Origin: Bacteroidales bacterium
Lineage (GTDB): Bacteria; Bacteroidota; Bacteroidia; Bacteroidales; Marinilabiliaceae
Reading direction: 5' to 3'
NCBI GenBank assembly: GCA_017417385.1
Contig: JAFPZF010000029.1
Span: 43,953-75,952, forward strand
Length of the DNA stretch: 32,000 nt
The notes below the pieces were generated by a model. It made no database searches and was not told the origin of the DNA. It saw only the letters and a program-made list of their open reading frames with translations. The position numbers and the translations under genes are program-made. Shown piece by piece: positions 1 through 7,701 of the stretch. The first letter of the stretch is position 1, and every line of letters starts with the position of its first letter.

Positions 1-143
1 TTGAATATGTAGGTCACTTTGCCCTCTTTCTCCTGTACGTCTCCAAAGTCGTGGCTGTCTGTCTCGAAAGTCATGACCGGCTTCTGTGCCATCGCTATCG
101 CACTTACTAGCACTACCCCTAACAATGATAGCAATCTTTTCAT
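1..143 (-). CDS. DUF1573-like secreted protein, N-terminal part only (gene continues past the left window edge)
   Basis: Reverse-strand ATG at 143-141. My translation is MKRLLSLLGVVLVSAIAMAQKPVMTFETDSHDFGDVQEKEGKVTYIFK. That is a signal peptide followed by the F..HDFG....EG.V pattern typical of DUF1573. It is absent from the ORF track only because the edge truncates it. Confidence 0.55.
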   Translation of the reverse strand, partial: MKRLLSLLGVVLVSAIAMAQKPVMTFETDSHDFGDVQEKEGKVTYIF

Positions 144-202
144 GTCAGTCGTTATTGTTGTCGTTATTCTTTTGTCTCTCTGTATTTTTTTCTACTGATT
201 TG

Positions 203-210
203 CAAAGATA
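203..210 (-). promoter_or_regulatory. Candidate Bacteroidetes -7 promoter box (TATCTTTG = TAnnTTTG) for the DUF1573-like gene
   Basis: The reverse complement of caaagata is tatctttg. It lies about 60 nt upstream of the ATG at 143. Support is a motif match only. Confidence 0.4.
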
Positions 211-460
211 GACAATTTCCATCTTATCAACCAATCTTTTCAGTGTTAAATGGCGACCCTGCTTCCTCTTTTTCGCCATTTTTCCACACTTATTTCCCTC
301 CTCTGCAATTTCTGAGCCAAACTGCTCTCCGCTCGCCGTCTCCTCTCTCCTCGCCTCCTCGATAGTCCCCGCTCTTGTCTATTTCCTTCACTCCCTCCTT
401 TCTCCCCCCTCCTACGCCTTCTTCCTCTATCTCCACTTCTCTTTTCTTTTCCCCGTCTTC

Positions 461-515
461 GTTTGACCTTCGGTTAGCCTTGGGTTAGCCTTGGGTTAGA
501 CCTGAATTAGACTTT
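461..515. repeat. Tandem repeat, 11-bp period, about 5 units
   Basis: The units read directly are gtttgaccttc, ggttagccttg, ggttagccttg, ggttagacctg and aattagacttt. The array is intergenic, about 70-120 bp beyond the minus-strand terminator at 581-615. Confidence 0.75.
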
Positions 516-580
516 GTACCTCTTTTCATGACGCTTCAGAGATGTCTCCTGACCCCTTTTTCTTCTGTGGGTATAGACGT

Positions 581-615
581 AAAAAGCCCCATAGCCGTCT
601 CTGTGGCTATGGGGC
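581..615 (-). terminator. Rho-independent terminator of the DUF3267 gene
   Basis: Perfect 11-bp stem gccccatagcc (586-596) / ggctatggggc (605-615) with an 8-nt loop. The A5 run at 581-585 gives U5 after the stem on the minus strand. It lies 25 nt downstream of the stop at 640-642. Confidence 0.8.
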
Positions 616-639
616 ATCTCCTATTGTGTTTTCCCTCTC

Positions 640-1215
640 CTATTCCTGCTCCTCCGGGTTGATAACATAAAACCCCGCCTTCGTCGGATGGTCGAGGACG
701 AGAAACTTCGGGTTGATGCTGTTTATCAAGTGCACGACCCAAATGTCTCCAACTGCCGAACTGATGAATATGATGCCGTAGAACAGCGTCGGCAGACTGC
801 CTATCGCAAGTGCGACGATAGACGGTATTATCCCCTGTACGATGAGCGGCATCAATGCTCCTATCCTGTATTTCGCTACCCTCATCGGCTCCGTGCAGTG
901 GCAGTATAGCGCCAGCCCCTTCCAGATGACGCCGAAACTGATGGTCTTCCACCCGCCCTTCACTTGACTCGCCCATGTTGCTCCGTGTATCAGTTCGTGT
1001 ATCCCGAGGCTGACTATCATCAGCAGCATGTATAGCGCCATCCCCATCCCGAATCTGACCGACTGTATGTCCTCGACTATCTTCTCTTGCCATATCAGGG
1101 CATACAAGCCCCCCAGGACTACAAAGGTCCCTATCATCAGCACCACCCCGAACTTGTTCGCCCTCATCAGGTCTATCGTTACTTCATATTTGCCTTTTTC
1201 TCCTGTCTGATTCAT
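640..1215 (-). CDS. DUF3267-family putative zincin metallopeptidase, multi-pass membrane protein
   Basis: 191-aa ORF with an HELIH (HExxH) motif in SLGIHELIHGATW and several hydrophobic helices. Its size and layout are typical of DUF3267. Confidence 0.7.
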   Translation of the reverse strand: MNQTGEKGKYEVTIDLMRANKFGVVLMIGTFVVLGGLYALIWQEKIVEDIQSVRFGMGMALYMLLMIVSLGIHELIHGATWASQVKGGWKTISFGVIWKGLALYCHCTEPMRVAKYRIGALMPLIVQGIIPSIVALAIGSLPTLFYGIIFISSAVGDIWVVHLINSINPKFLVLDHPTKAGFYVINPEEQE

Positions 1216-1480
1216 CGCTTTCCTTTATTTTGTTTCCTCAAATGTAATGCTTTTCTTTCAATTTTGTTATTCTTTCTATATCTCCTTTCGTCCCTCGTTC
1301 GACACGCTTTTTGTGCCTCCTGAGTTCGTCTTTCCCCTTAAATGGTAAATATTCCTTACGTCGTGTAACATTTTTTTAGCTTGTGCGTAGACACGCAAAA
1401 TGAGAGTAGGTCTCGAATGAGTCTTGGCTCTCTGAAGGGAAGTTCTATTAGAAGCTTCCATAACAGCATTTGACAACATT

Positions 1481-2221
1481 ATGAAGAAATACTTCGCACT
1501 ACTAGTCATAGCAGTTCTCATGACGATGCCTGCCTGGGTCGTCTCCTCCTGCGAGGAGGATATCGACGGGTCGGTCGTCTCCTCCGATACTACCACAGTC
1601 CGCAAGAAGGTCTCCACTGACGACGTCAACGACAACGACGCTAAGGATGACGCTAAGGATGACGACGCTAAGAAGGATGAGGACAATAATGGCGGCAATG
1701 ACGCCGAACAGAAGGATATTGAGCATGAGTTCTTCGACCTTATGAACCTCGCACGTACGCAGCCTAAGATCTTCTCCGAGAGGCATATCAAGCCGCTCCT
1801 CAATTCTATGGAGGCTAAGCTCTACGGCTCCGACGATATCCTCGAGTGTATCGCCGAGCTCGATACTATCACGCCTGTCGAACCTCTTAAATGGTCCGAC
1901 GGTCTCCACCGTGCTGCTGCCGAATGGGTCGACGAGCAGGGCGCAACAACTGAGATCGGTCATGCCTCCAACTGGAGCGCTCGTATCAAGAAATACGGCT
2001 CTGTCAAGAGCTGGATGGGAGAGAATATCAGCTACGGCGGCTCTTCTGCTGCCGATATGGTCAGCAACCTTATGGTCGACAGGGGAACGTCTGGTCGTGG
2101 GCACCGTCGCAACATTATGAGCCCCCTCGCCTCTGTCGTCGGTGTCGCCGTCGGCCCTCACAAGTCCTATGGCTATATGAGCGTCACGGAGTTCACCGAT
2201 GGCTTTACGGAGAAAGAGTAG
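1481..2221 (+). CDS. CAP/SCP (YkwD-like) domain lipoprotein with acidic low-complexity linker
   Basis: Lipoprotein signal MKKYFALLVIAVLMTMPAWVVSSC. D/K/N-rich linker (DAKDDAKDDDAKKDEDNN). C-terminal CAP-domain motifs: FFDLMNLARTQP, GHASNW and GHRRNIMSP. Confidence 0.75.
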   Translation: MKKYFALLVIAVLMTMPAWVVSSCEEDIDGSVVSSDTTTVRKKVSTDDVNDNDAKDDAKDDDAKKDEDNNGGNDAEQKDIEHEFFDLMNLARTQPKIFSERHIKPLLNSMEAKLYGSDDILECIAELDTITPVEPLKWSDGLHRAAAEWVDEQGATTEIGHASNWSARIKKYGSVKSWMGENISYGGSSAADMVSNLMVDRGTSGRGHRRNIMSPLASVVGVAVGPHKSYGYMSVTEFTDGFTEKE

Positions 2222-2365
2222 GGGAGGACAGCAACCATCTCCCTGCTATCCTCTACGACGCTCGTTTTCAGCGCCTATTTTTCCCCGAACACTTTTTTCC
2301 AATATTTTTTGACACGCAATTAAACACTTTTTAGTAACTTCGTACTTAAATTCAAGAACTGAACT

Positions 2366-4036
2366 ATGGCGAAGACGATAATCTACCAGTTGCTCCCGAG
2401 GCTTTTCTCAAACACTACGACGGGACGTGTCAAAAATGGTACACTTGCTGAAAATGGTAGCGGCAAACTTAACGACATCAACGAGGCTGCCTTGAAGGGC
2501 ATCGCCGATCTCGGCGTCTCTCACGTCTGGTACACAGGCGTCATTCGCCATGCCTCCGTCACCGACTACCCTTTCATCTCCGTCAAGTCTAATCCTAACG
2601 TCGTCAAGGGTAAGGCCGGTAGCCCCTACGCTATCTGCGATTACTATGATATCGACCCTGACCTCGCTACCGACGTCGATAGGCGCCTCGACGAATGGAT
2701 GGAGCTTGTCAACCGTACTCACAAGGCTGGCTTGAAGGTTATCATGGACTTTGTCCCGAACCACGTAGCTAGGCAATACCACTCCGACGCACGCACCGAC
2801 GTGCCTCAGTTTGGCGACGGCGATGAGCCAGACAAGGCTTTCAGTCCGGGTAACAACTTCTACTATATGCCCGGCGCAGACTTCCACGCACCAGTCTCCG
2901 ACCTCGGCGAGCCTTACCACGAGAACCCCGCCAAGGCTTCTGGCAACGACGCTTTCACCCCCTCTCCTTCTGTCTACGACTGGTACGAGACTGTCAAGCT
3001 CAACTACGGTCGCGACTACACCAACGGCATCATGCACACCGACCCTCGCCCCGATACGTGGTCCAAGATGAGGGACATCCTTCTCTACTGGATAGAGACT
3101 GGCATCGACGGCTTTAGGGTCGATATGGCTGAAATGGTCCCTGTGGAGTTCTGGCAGTGGGTAATCCGCCAGATCAGGGTCCGCAACCCGCAGGTTGTCT
3201 TCATCGCCGAGACTTACAATATCGCTCAGTATAAGTGCTATTCCGAGGCGGGCTTCAACCTGCTCTACGACAAGGTCAACTACTACGATACGGTCCGCGA
3301 CGTCGTCTGCGGCAACAAGCCGGCTAGCGACATCACGCACATCTGGCATACTAACGAGTCCGTCGAGCGTAGCATGCTCTACTTCCTCGAGAATCACGAC
3401 GAGCAGAGGGTTGCTAGCGACTTCTTCGCTGGCGACGCCCTCAAGGGAAGGCCCGCCTACATACTCACAGCTACGATGGGCCACGGCGGCGTCATGCTCT
3501 ATGCCGGTCAGGAACTTGGCGAGAAGGGTATGGACGAGGAAGGCTTCAGCGGTCGTGACGGCCGGACGACTATCTTCGACTACTGGAATGTCGATACTCT
3601 CACGCGCTACGTCAATGGTCTTAAGTATGACGGCGGTCAGCTTACCGACGACGAGAAGGCTCTCAGAAAATGGTACGAGCAGGTCGGTCAGGTCGTCCAG
3701 CGCTACGAGGCTCTCGCGACGGGAGACTTCTACGACTTGATGTGGATAAACCAGCATATCTGGGTCGACGCTTCGAAACTCTACGCCTTCCTCCGCTACG
3801 ACCGCAACAACCGTTTCCTCATCGCTGTCAACTTCGCCAACTCGCCCCGTCGCGCTATCCTGAGAATCCCCGCCGACGCTTGGCGACTCATGGGCAGCAC
3901 GTGGAACGAGTGTATTCAGCCTAGCGACATGCTCGGCAATGCTGTCTACATCGGCCGCGAGAGTGTCAACAATATCAAGGAGCGTGGTCTCGAGATCGTC
4001 ATCCCTGCCCACGACGGCGTCATCCTTAGCTTCTAG
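2366..4036 (+). CDS. Alpha-amylase family glycoside hydrolase (GH13), apparently cytoplasmic
   Basis: 556 aa with GH13 conserved regions VIMDFVPNHV, DGFRVDMAEMVP and FLENHDEQR. No signal peptide is evident. Confidence 0.9.
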   Translation: MAKTIIYQLLPRLFSNTTTGRVKNGTLAENGSGKLNDINEAALKGIADLGVSHVWYTGVIRHASVTDYPFISVKSNPNVVKGKAGSPYAICDYYDIDPDLATDVDRRLDEWMELVNRTHKAGLKVIMDFVPNHVARQYHSDARTDVPQFGDGDEPDKAFSPGNNFYYMPGADFHAPVSDLGEPYHENPAKASGNDAFTPSPSVYDWYETVKLNYGRDYTNGIMHTDPRPDTWSKMRDILLYWIETGIDGFRVDMAEMVPVEFWQWVIRQIRVRNPQVVFIAETYNIAQYKCYSEAGFNLLYDKVNYYDTVRDVVCGNKPASDITHIWHTNESVERSMLYFLENHDEQRVASDFFAGDALKGRPAYILTATMGHGGVMLYAGQELGEKGMDEEGFSGRDGRTTIFDYWNVDTLTRYVNGLKYDGGQLTDDEKALRKWYEQVGQVVQRYEALATGDFYDLMWINQHIWVDASKLYAFLRYDRNNRFLIAVNFANSPRRAILRIPADAWRLMGSTWNECIQPSDMLGNAVYIGRESVNNIKERGLEIVIPAHDGVILSF

Positions 4037-4156
4037 CCTTTGGCGTACTATGACATTCAGAAGATGCTGACTGATAAAAATCCTTCATACTAGCGACTGG
4101 CATCCTGAGAAGGGCGGACGAAGAGAAGAAGAGAAGAAAATTAACTAGGAGAACTG

Positions 4157-4188
4157 ACGGACATTCACTATTGTGGGTGTCCGTTTTT
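4157..4188 (+). terminator. Candidate terminator hairpin for the amylase gene, overlapping the 3' end of the convergent J-domain gene
   Basis: 7-bp stem acggaca (4157-4163) / tgtccgt (4178-4184) with a 14-nt loop, followed by tttt. It lies about 120 nt after the amylase stop. Confidence 0.45.
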
Positions 4189-5226
4189 CCATTGGAAGGA
4201 GTTGATGATCTGGGTCATGTGGTGGGCGTTATGGTCTCCCTGGCGGTAGTTGATGACGATGGTCACCATCTCCGAGTCTCGCTGGACGAAGTAGACCGTC
4301 GCGCAGCAAGTCGGTTTTGAATCTCTGCTATAAGGGGCAAATATGTATGCTGCAACGGTGGCACCGCTCTCGACAGTCGTCATCTCTGGTTTATGTGGCA
4401 ACATCTGAGGGAAATGTTCTACCTCGACAGTGCGTCCTAATTTTCTTGCGACGTCCTTCACCGTCTTGTCGTAGAAGTCGGGACTCAGGCTGGAATGGAT
4501 AGAGCGATAGACGGTCATGTTGCAACTGCCGTAGGAGGCGGCGTCCTTGCCGAAGCCGCTACCGATAAACACGGCGGTGTCGCTCCGGACAGTCATAGTG
4601 TCGCCTGCGATTGTCTTCTTGAGGATGTCTCCACGGAGGGACAGTTCGACGGGGACGGCAAGGGTGAAGCTGTTGTTTATCGAGTAGGTAGTCGTTTTGC
4701 TTTCGGTCATCTCGATGGTGGAGTCGTCTGTGACGTCTTTGGAGTTGCTGAATCTATTGGAGAAGACCTGATAACTGCCGATGATGGCGGCTATGGCGAT
4801 GATGACAATACGACATCTCCTGAAGAACTTGTTGACAGTCTCCTTAGCCTCTTCTGAAGGACCGTCGTATTCCTCGTAATCCTTAGATTCTTCGGTATCA
4901 TTTTTACGTTGTCGATAGCTGCGGCCGGACTGCCTGTATTTCTGTCCCGACCTGCTGTGAGAATGGTCGGTCTGTTGCGGGCGTGGAGTTGGGGTGGGCT
5001 GAGGTTGTGGCTGGGACTCTCGTTTGATAAGGAGCCAGTCGTAGGTGCTGCGGGAGGAAGGGTTGCCGAGGACGTCGTAGGCCTCGTTGATCTGCTGCAT
5101 CATACGTGTGGCATCGGGATCGGGGTTGGCGTCCGGATGCCACTTCTTGCATAGCTCGATGTAGGCATGCTTTATCTCGCGTGAGGAGGCGAAGCGCGAG
5201 ACACCGAGTATTTCGTAGTAGTTCAT
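4168..5226 (-). CDS. J-domain (DnaJ-like) membrane protein with uncharacterised C-terminal domain
   Basis: N-terminal J domain YYEILGV...KKWHPDANPD with the HPD motif. Pro/Gln-rich linker QPQPQPTPTPRPQQ. One TM helix (IVIIAIAAIIGSYQVF). No DnaJ zinc-finger or C-terminal domains. Confidence 0.85.
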   Translation of the reverse strand: MNYYEILGVSRFASSREIKHAYIELCKKWHPDANPDPDATRMMQQINEAYDVLGNPSSRSTYDWLLIKRESQPQPQPTPTPRPQQTDHSHSRSGQKYRQSGRSYRQRKNDTEESKDYEEYDGPSEEAKETVNKFFRRCRIVIIAIAAIIGSYQVFSNRFSNSKDVTDDSTIEMTESKTTTYSINNSFTLAVPVELSLRGDILKKTIAGDTMTVRSDTAVFIGSGFGKDAASYGSCNMTVYRSIHSSLSPDFYDKTVKDVARKLGRTVEVEHFPQMLPHKPEMTTVESGATVAAYIFAPYSRDSKPTCCATVYFVQRDSEMVTIVINYRQGDHNAHHMTQIINSFQWKNGHPQ

Positions 5227-5251
5227 CTGTAGAAGACGTGATGTAGCGTTG

Positions 5252-5259
5252 CAAAGGTA
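5252..5259 (-). promoter_or_regulatory. Candidate -7 promoter box (TACCTTTG) for the J-domain gene
   Basis: The reverse complement of caaaggta is tacctttg (TAnnTTTG), about 26 nt upstream of the ATG at 5226. A second match, TAATTTTG, lies further upstream. Confidence 0.4.
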
Positions 5260-5392
5260 GGTTTTTAGACGTGAATGGCAAAATTACAAACTTTGTGTTT
5301 GTGCGCAGGCTGACCCAGTTCTTTTGATTCTCGCAAAAACGTACTAAATTCGTTTCGACATACATAGATTGTTCATTTACACAGAAAGAGAT

Positions 5393-6283
5393 ATGAGGAA
5401 AGAAGTCTTTGCAATAGCATTGTCAGTGGTGGCGTTCGGCATGGTATCTTGTCAGCAGGCGCAAGGTGACAGAAAGCAGGAAGCGACAGAGAGCGAGCAG
5501 GCAGCAGCCACGGAGCGGACTGAGGAAGTGAAAGCACAGGTCGCATCGACTGATGAAGCCAGTGGGCTGAAGGTTGAGACGTTGAAGTACAAGAATCCCG
5601 ATCAGAGTCATGTGAGGATTGAGAAGTCAATCGACGTGCCGACGGGTGGCGATGTCAGGCTGGTCAGGAAGATAGGCAAATGGATGGGTGAGCTGATGGA
5701 GGTAGAAGATGTTGACATGACGACGTCGAAGGGACGGGAAGAGTTTGTCAGAAGGGCAGGGGAAGCTCAACTCAAATCTTTCACAAAGGAGTATGAGTCG
5801 GCACTGGGGGACGCAGAATACGAGATTCCGCAGTTCAGTTGTGAGGAGAGTTTGGACATGGCGTATCAGACGGATAGTTACATAGTTTACGTGAGATACT
5901 ACTATGCATATCTTGGCGGGGCACACGGTATGTACTCCACGAGCGCATACACATTCAAGACGAGCGACGGAGTGCTGATGGAGAGTTTCTTCGACAAGGG
6001 GAAGGCGGCAGCGATGCAACAAGTATTATCTGAGGGACTGATAGAATACCTGAAGGACAGGGTTGAAGACCCGGAGGATGACCTTATGGGATACTATTCT
6101 CTGGATGACGGTCTGATACCTCTTCCGGAGGCTCAGCAGGTCGAGCCGACGGACAGCGGGCTTGTAGTCAGATATGACGTGTATCAGTTAGGCCCGTACG
6201 CATTGGGAGAGCCTACGTTCTGCATCCCGTATAAAAAGGCGTGGCCGCTCTTGACGGAGGAGGCAAAGGGGGTGTTGAGGTAG
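5393..6283 (+). CDS. DUF3298/DUF4163-type lipoprotein
   Basis: Lipoprotein signal MRKEVFAIALSVVAFGMVSC, so I prefer the start at 5393 over the ORF-track 5369. The YYYAYLGGAHGMYS motif and the C-terminal YQLGPYALGEPTFCIPY are typical of DUF3298. Confidence 0.7.
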   Translation: MRKEVFAIALSVVAFGMVSCQQAQGDRKQEATESEQAAATERTEEVKAQVASTDEASGLKVETLKYKNPDQSHVRIEKSIDVPTGGDVRLVRKIGKWMGELMEVEDVDMTTSKGREEFVRRAGEAQLKSFTKEYESALGDAEYEIPQFSCEESLDMAYQTDSYIVYVRYYYAYLGGAHGMYSTSAYTFKTSDGVLMESFFDKGKAAAMQQVLSEGLIEYLKDRVEDPEDDLMGYYSLDDGLIPLPEAQQVEPTDSGLVVRYDVYQLGPYALGEPTFCIPYKKAWPLLTEEAKGVLR

Positions 6284-6355
6284 AAAGGGTAGGAGAAGAG
6301 GAGAAGAGAAGAGAAGGAGGGCTATCATTAATTGTCTTTTAAAACATACAGTACA

Positions 6356-7168
6356 ATGGATATTTTGTCAATACTTTTAGATAGTGTTCTTGGGCTGAAC
6401 TTATCGCCAAGAATGATGGTGTTTGCTGTCGTATTGTTCATTGCGATATATTACATCATAAAGGCGATATTATGGTTTAGTAATCGGTTGCGTGATATGT
6501 ATGAGCGTTGTGAAGCGGTAAATAAGAAACCCAGCTTAAAGAACTTTTTTACTTTGCCTGAGTTTTATGATGTTGTAACTACAAGCCAAAGGGGGACAGA
6601 AGGTGAACGTGAATTGATATCTGTCATGATAGAGAGCGGTATAAAATCTACAGCGATATACCATGATTTGCTGGTTCCCCAGCCAAACGGGGCGACTTCC
6701 CAAGTAGACATAGTCGTCATGACAAAAGTAGGATTAGTTGTTGTCGAGGTGAAAGACCATGGAGGGCTGATATATGGTAATGGTAAACAATCGAGATGGA
6801 CGTCTGTATATAATCCTTCAGCAAAGTATCAGTTCTACAATCCGTTCATGCAGAATGAGACTCATATAAGGGTGTTGAAGCAGCAATTGGGCTCGACAAT
6901 ACCGATGTATTCGCTTGTGGTATTCACAAGAGCGAAAATAAAGGACGTCAGTTTAATACCTTCGGAATCATATCTTGCTACAAAAGACGGTTTTATGCAG
7001 GCACTCAAGACAATAGAACAAAGTCATCAGGTGTATAACTATGGGGACGCATGGAGTATTGCAACGAAGTTGAAGCAGATGTCTGATAATGGAGGGAAAC
7101 AAGACCTACAAAGTCGGCACGTGGAGAGGGTTATTGATTATACTGGGGAAAATAGGGTTTTCAGATAG
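6356..7168 (+). CDS. NERD (nuclease-related domain) protein with N-terminal transmembrane helix
   Basis: NERD pattern GTEGERELISVM...QVDIVVMTKVGLVVVEVKDHGGLIYGNGKQSRWT...YNPFMQNETHIRVLKQQL. TM segment MMVFAVVLFIAIYYIIKAILWF. The ATG at 6356 is preferred to the TTG at 6332. The gene is visibly AT-richer than the gene upstream. Confidence 0.75.
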   Translation: MDILSILLDSVLGLNLSPRMMVFAVVLFIAIYYIIKAILWFSNRLRDMYERCEAVNKKPSLKNFFTLPEFYDVVTTSQRGTEGERELISVMIESGIKSTAIYHDLLVPQPNGATSQVDIVVMTKVGLVVVEVKDHGGLIYGNGKQSRWTSVYNPSAKYQFYNPFMQNETHIRVLKQQLGSTIPMYSLVVFTRAKIKDVSLIPSESYLATKDGFMQALKTIEQSHQVYNYGDAWSIATKLKQMSDNGGKQDLQSRHVERVIDYTGENRVFR

Positions 7169-7209
7169 GGAATTGAATAACACACAATGTAACAGGATTG
7201 CTCTTCCTT

Positions 7210-7248
7210 GCGGCTAATAAACCGCAGAATTTGCGGATTATTAGCCGC
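7210..7248. terminator. Long AT-rich inverted repeat (16 bp paired, one A-A mismatch), possible NERD-gene terminator or protein-binding palindrome
   Basis: gcggctaataa-a-ccgca gaatt tgcgg-a-ttattagccgc, read directly. It lies 42 nt after the NERD stop. There is no U-tract on either strand, so terminator function is uncertain. Confidence 0.45.
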
Positions 7249-7278
7249 AAATATGTATTCCAATCTTGGGGAACGTCG

Positions 7279-7312
7279 GTAAGGGAGAGTGTCTGACGAA
7301 AAGGCAGAGGGA
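7279..7312. repeat. Left copy of the 34-bp direct repeat flanking the R-M island
   Basis: gtaagggagagtgtctgacgaaaaggcagaggga is 32/34 identical to 17451-17484, with a 24-nt perfect core gtgtctgacgaaaaggcagaggga. Confidence 0.85.
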
Positions 7313-7701
7313 GGGGAATACTCAGTAAGCTACGCTCTCGCTTCTTGACGCTAAAGAGAGAAAAGGGGAGCAGAGGATATATCTTTTCACAATTTTCTTT
7401 ATCTTCGCATGTCGGTTTTGCTGAAACCTGCGCATTTAGTGGGTCGGGGGCAGCCGACAAACAGTTTTTGGGAAGCGTTTGCTACACGCTCTGTTTTGGC
7501 TCTTCGGAACGTAGGAAATTTCGACATAGTTAGTCAACAACTTTGCGACAGCAGACGCCGGGGTATGGTATGAAAGCCATTCCCACAAGCGTGCGGAGGG
7601 CAAAATTAGGGTGTCATGACAAAACACGGAGCATGGATCCCAACGTATCGACCATATAACAATGAGATTTGCAGACCAGTATCTCGATGTAATTTAGGCA
7701 A

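Noticed and set aside
145-279. 44-aa minus-strand ORF (MAKKRKQGRHLTLKRLVDK...) just upstream of the DUF1573-like gene
   Set aside because: It spans the TATCTTTG promoter box and a hairpin (248-256 / 273-281). It is low-complexity and more likely untranslated leader or promoter DNA.
461-515. Possibility that the short tandem arrays (here, 19731-19797 and 27199-27258) are CRISPR arrays
   Set aside because: The units are contiguous 10-14-mers (mostly 11 bp) with no unique spacers. They are far shorter than CRISPR repeats, and there are no cas genes in the window.
536-1093. 185-aa ORF in an alternative minus-strand frame overlapping the DUF3267 gene
   Set aside because: Its R/D/G/H-rich translation has no motifs. 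The overlapping 640-1215 frame has the HExxH motif, TM helices and a terminator placed right after its stop.
1276-2161. 175-aa and 219-aa minus-strand ORFs overlapping the CAP-domain lipoprotein gene and its upstream region
   Set aside because: These are serine-rich or acidic mirror translations of the D/K-rich linker, and the + strand ORF carries clear signal-peptide and CAP motifs.
2408-4012. 534-aa ORF antisense to, and almost coextensive with, the GH13 amylase gene
   Set aside because: Its translation is low-complexity (V/D/S/A-rich) with no recognisable motifs. The sense strand encodes an unmistakable GH13 enzyme. Long stop-free antisense frames are an expected by-product of the strong GC3 codon bias of the core genes here.
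7161-7627. 60-99-aa ORFs in the hsdM leader region on both strands
   Set aside because: There is no family resemblance and the composition is low-complexity. They overlap the palindrome and the repeat, and are best treated as non-coding.
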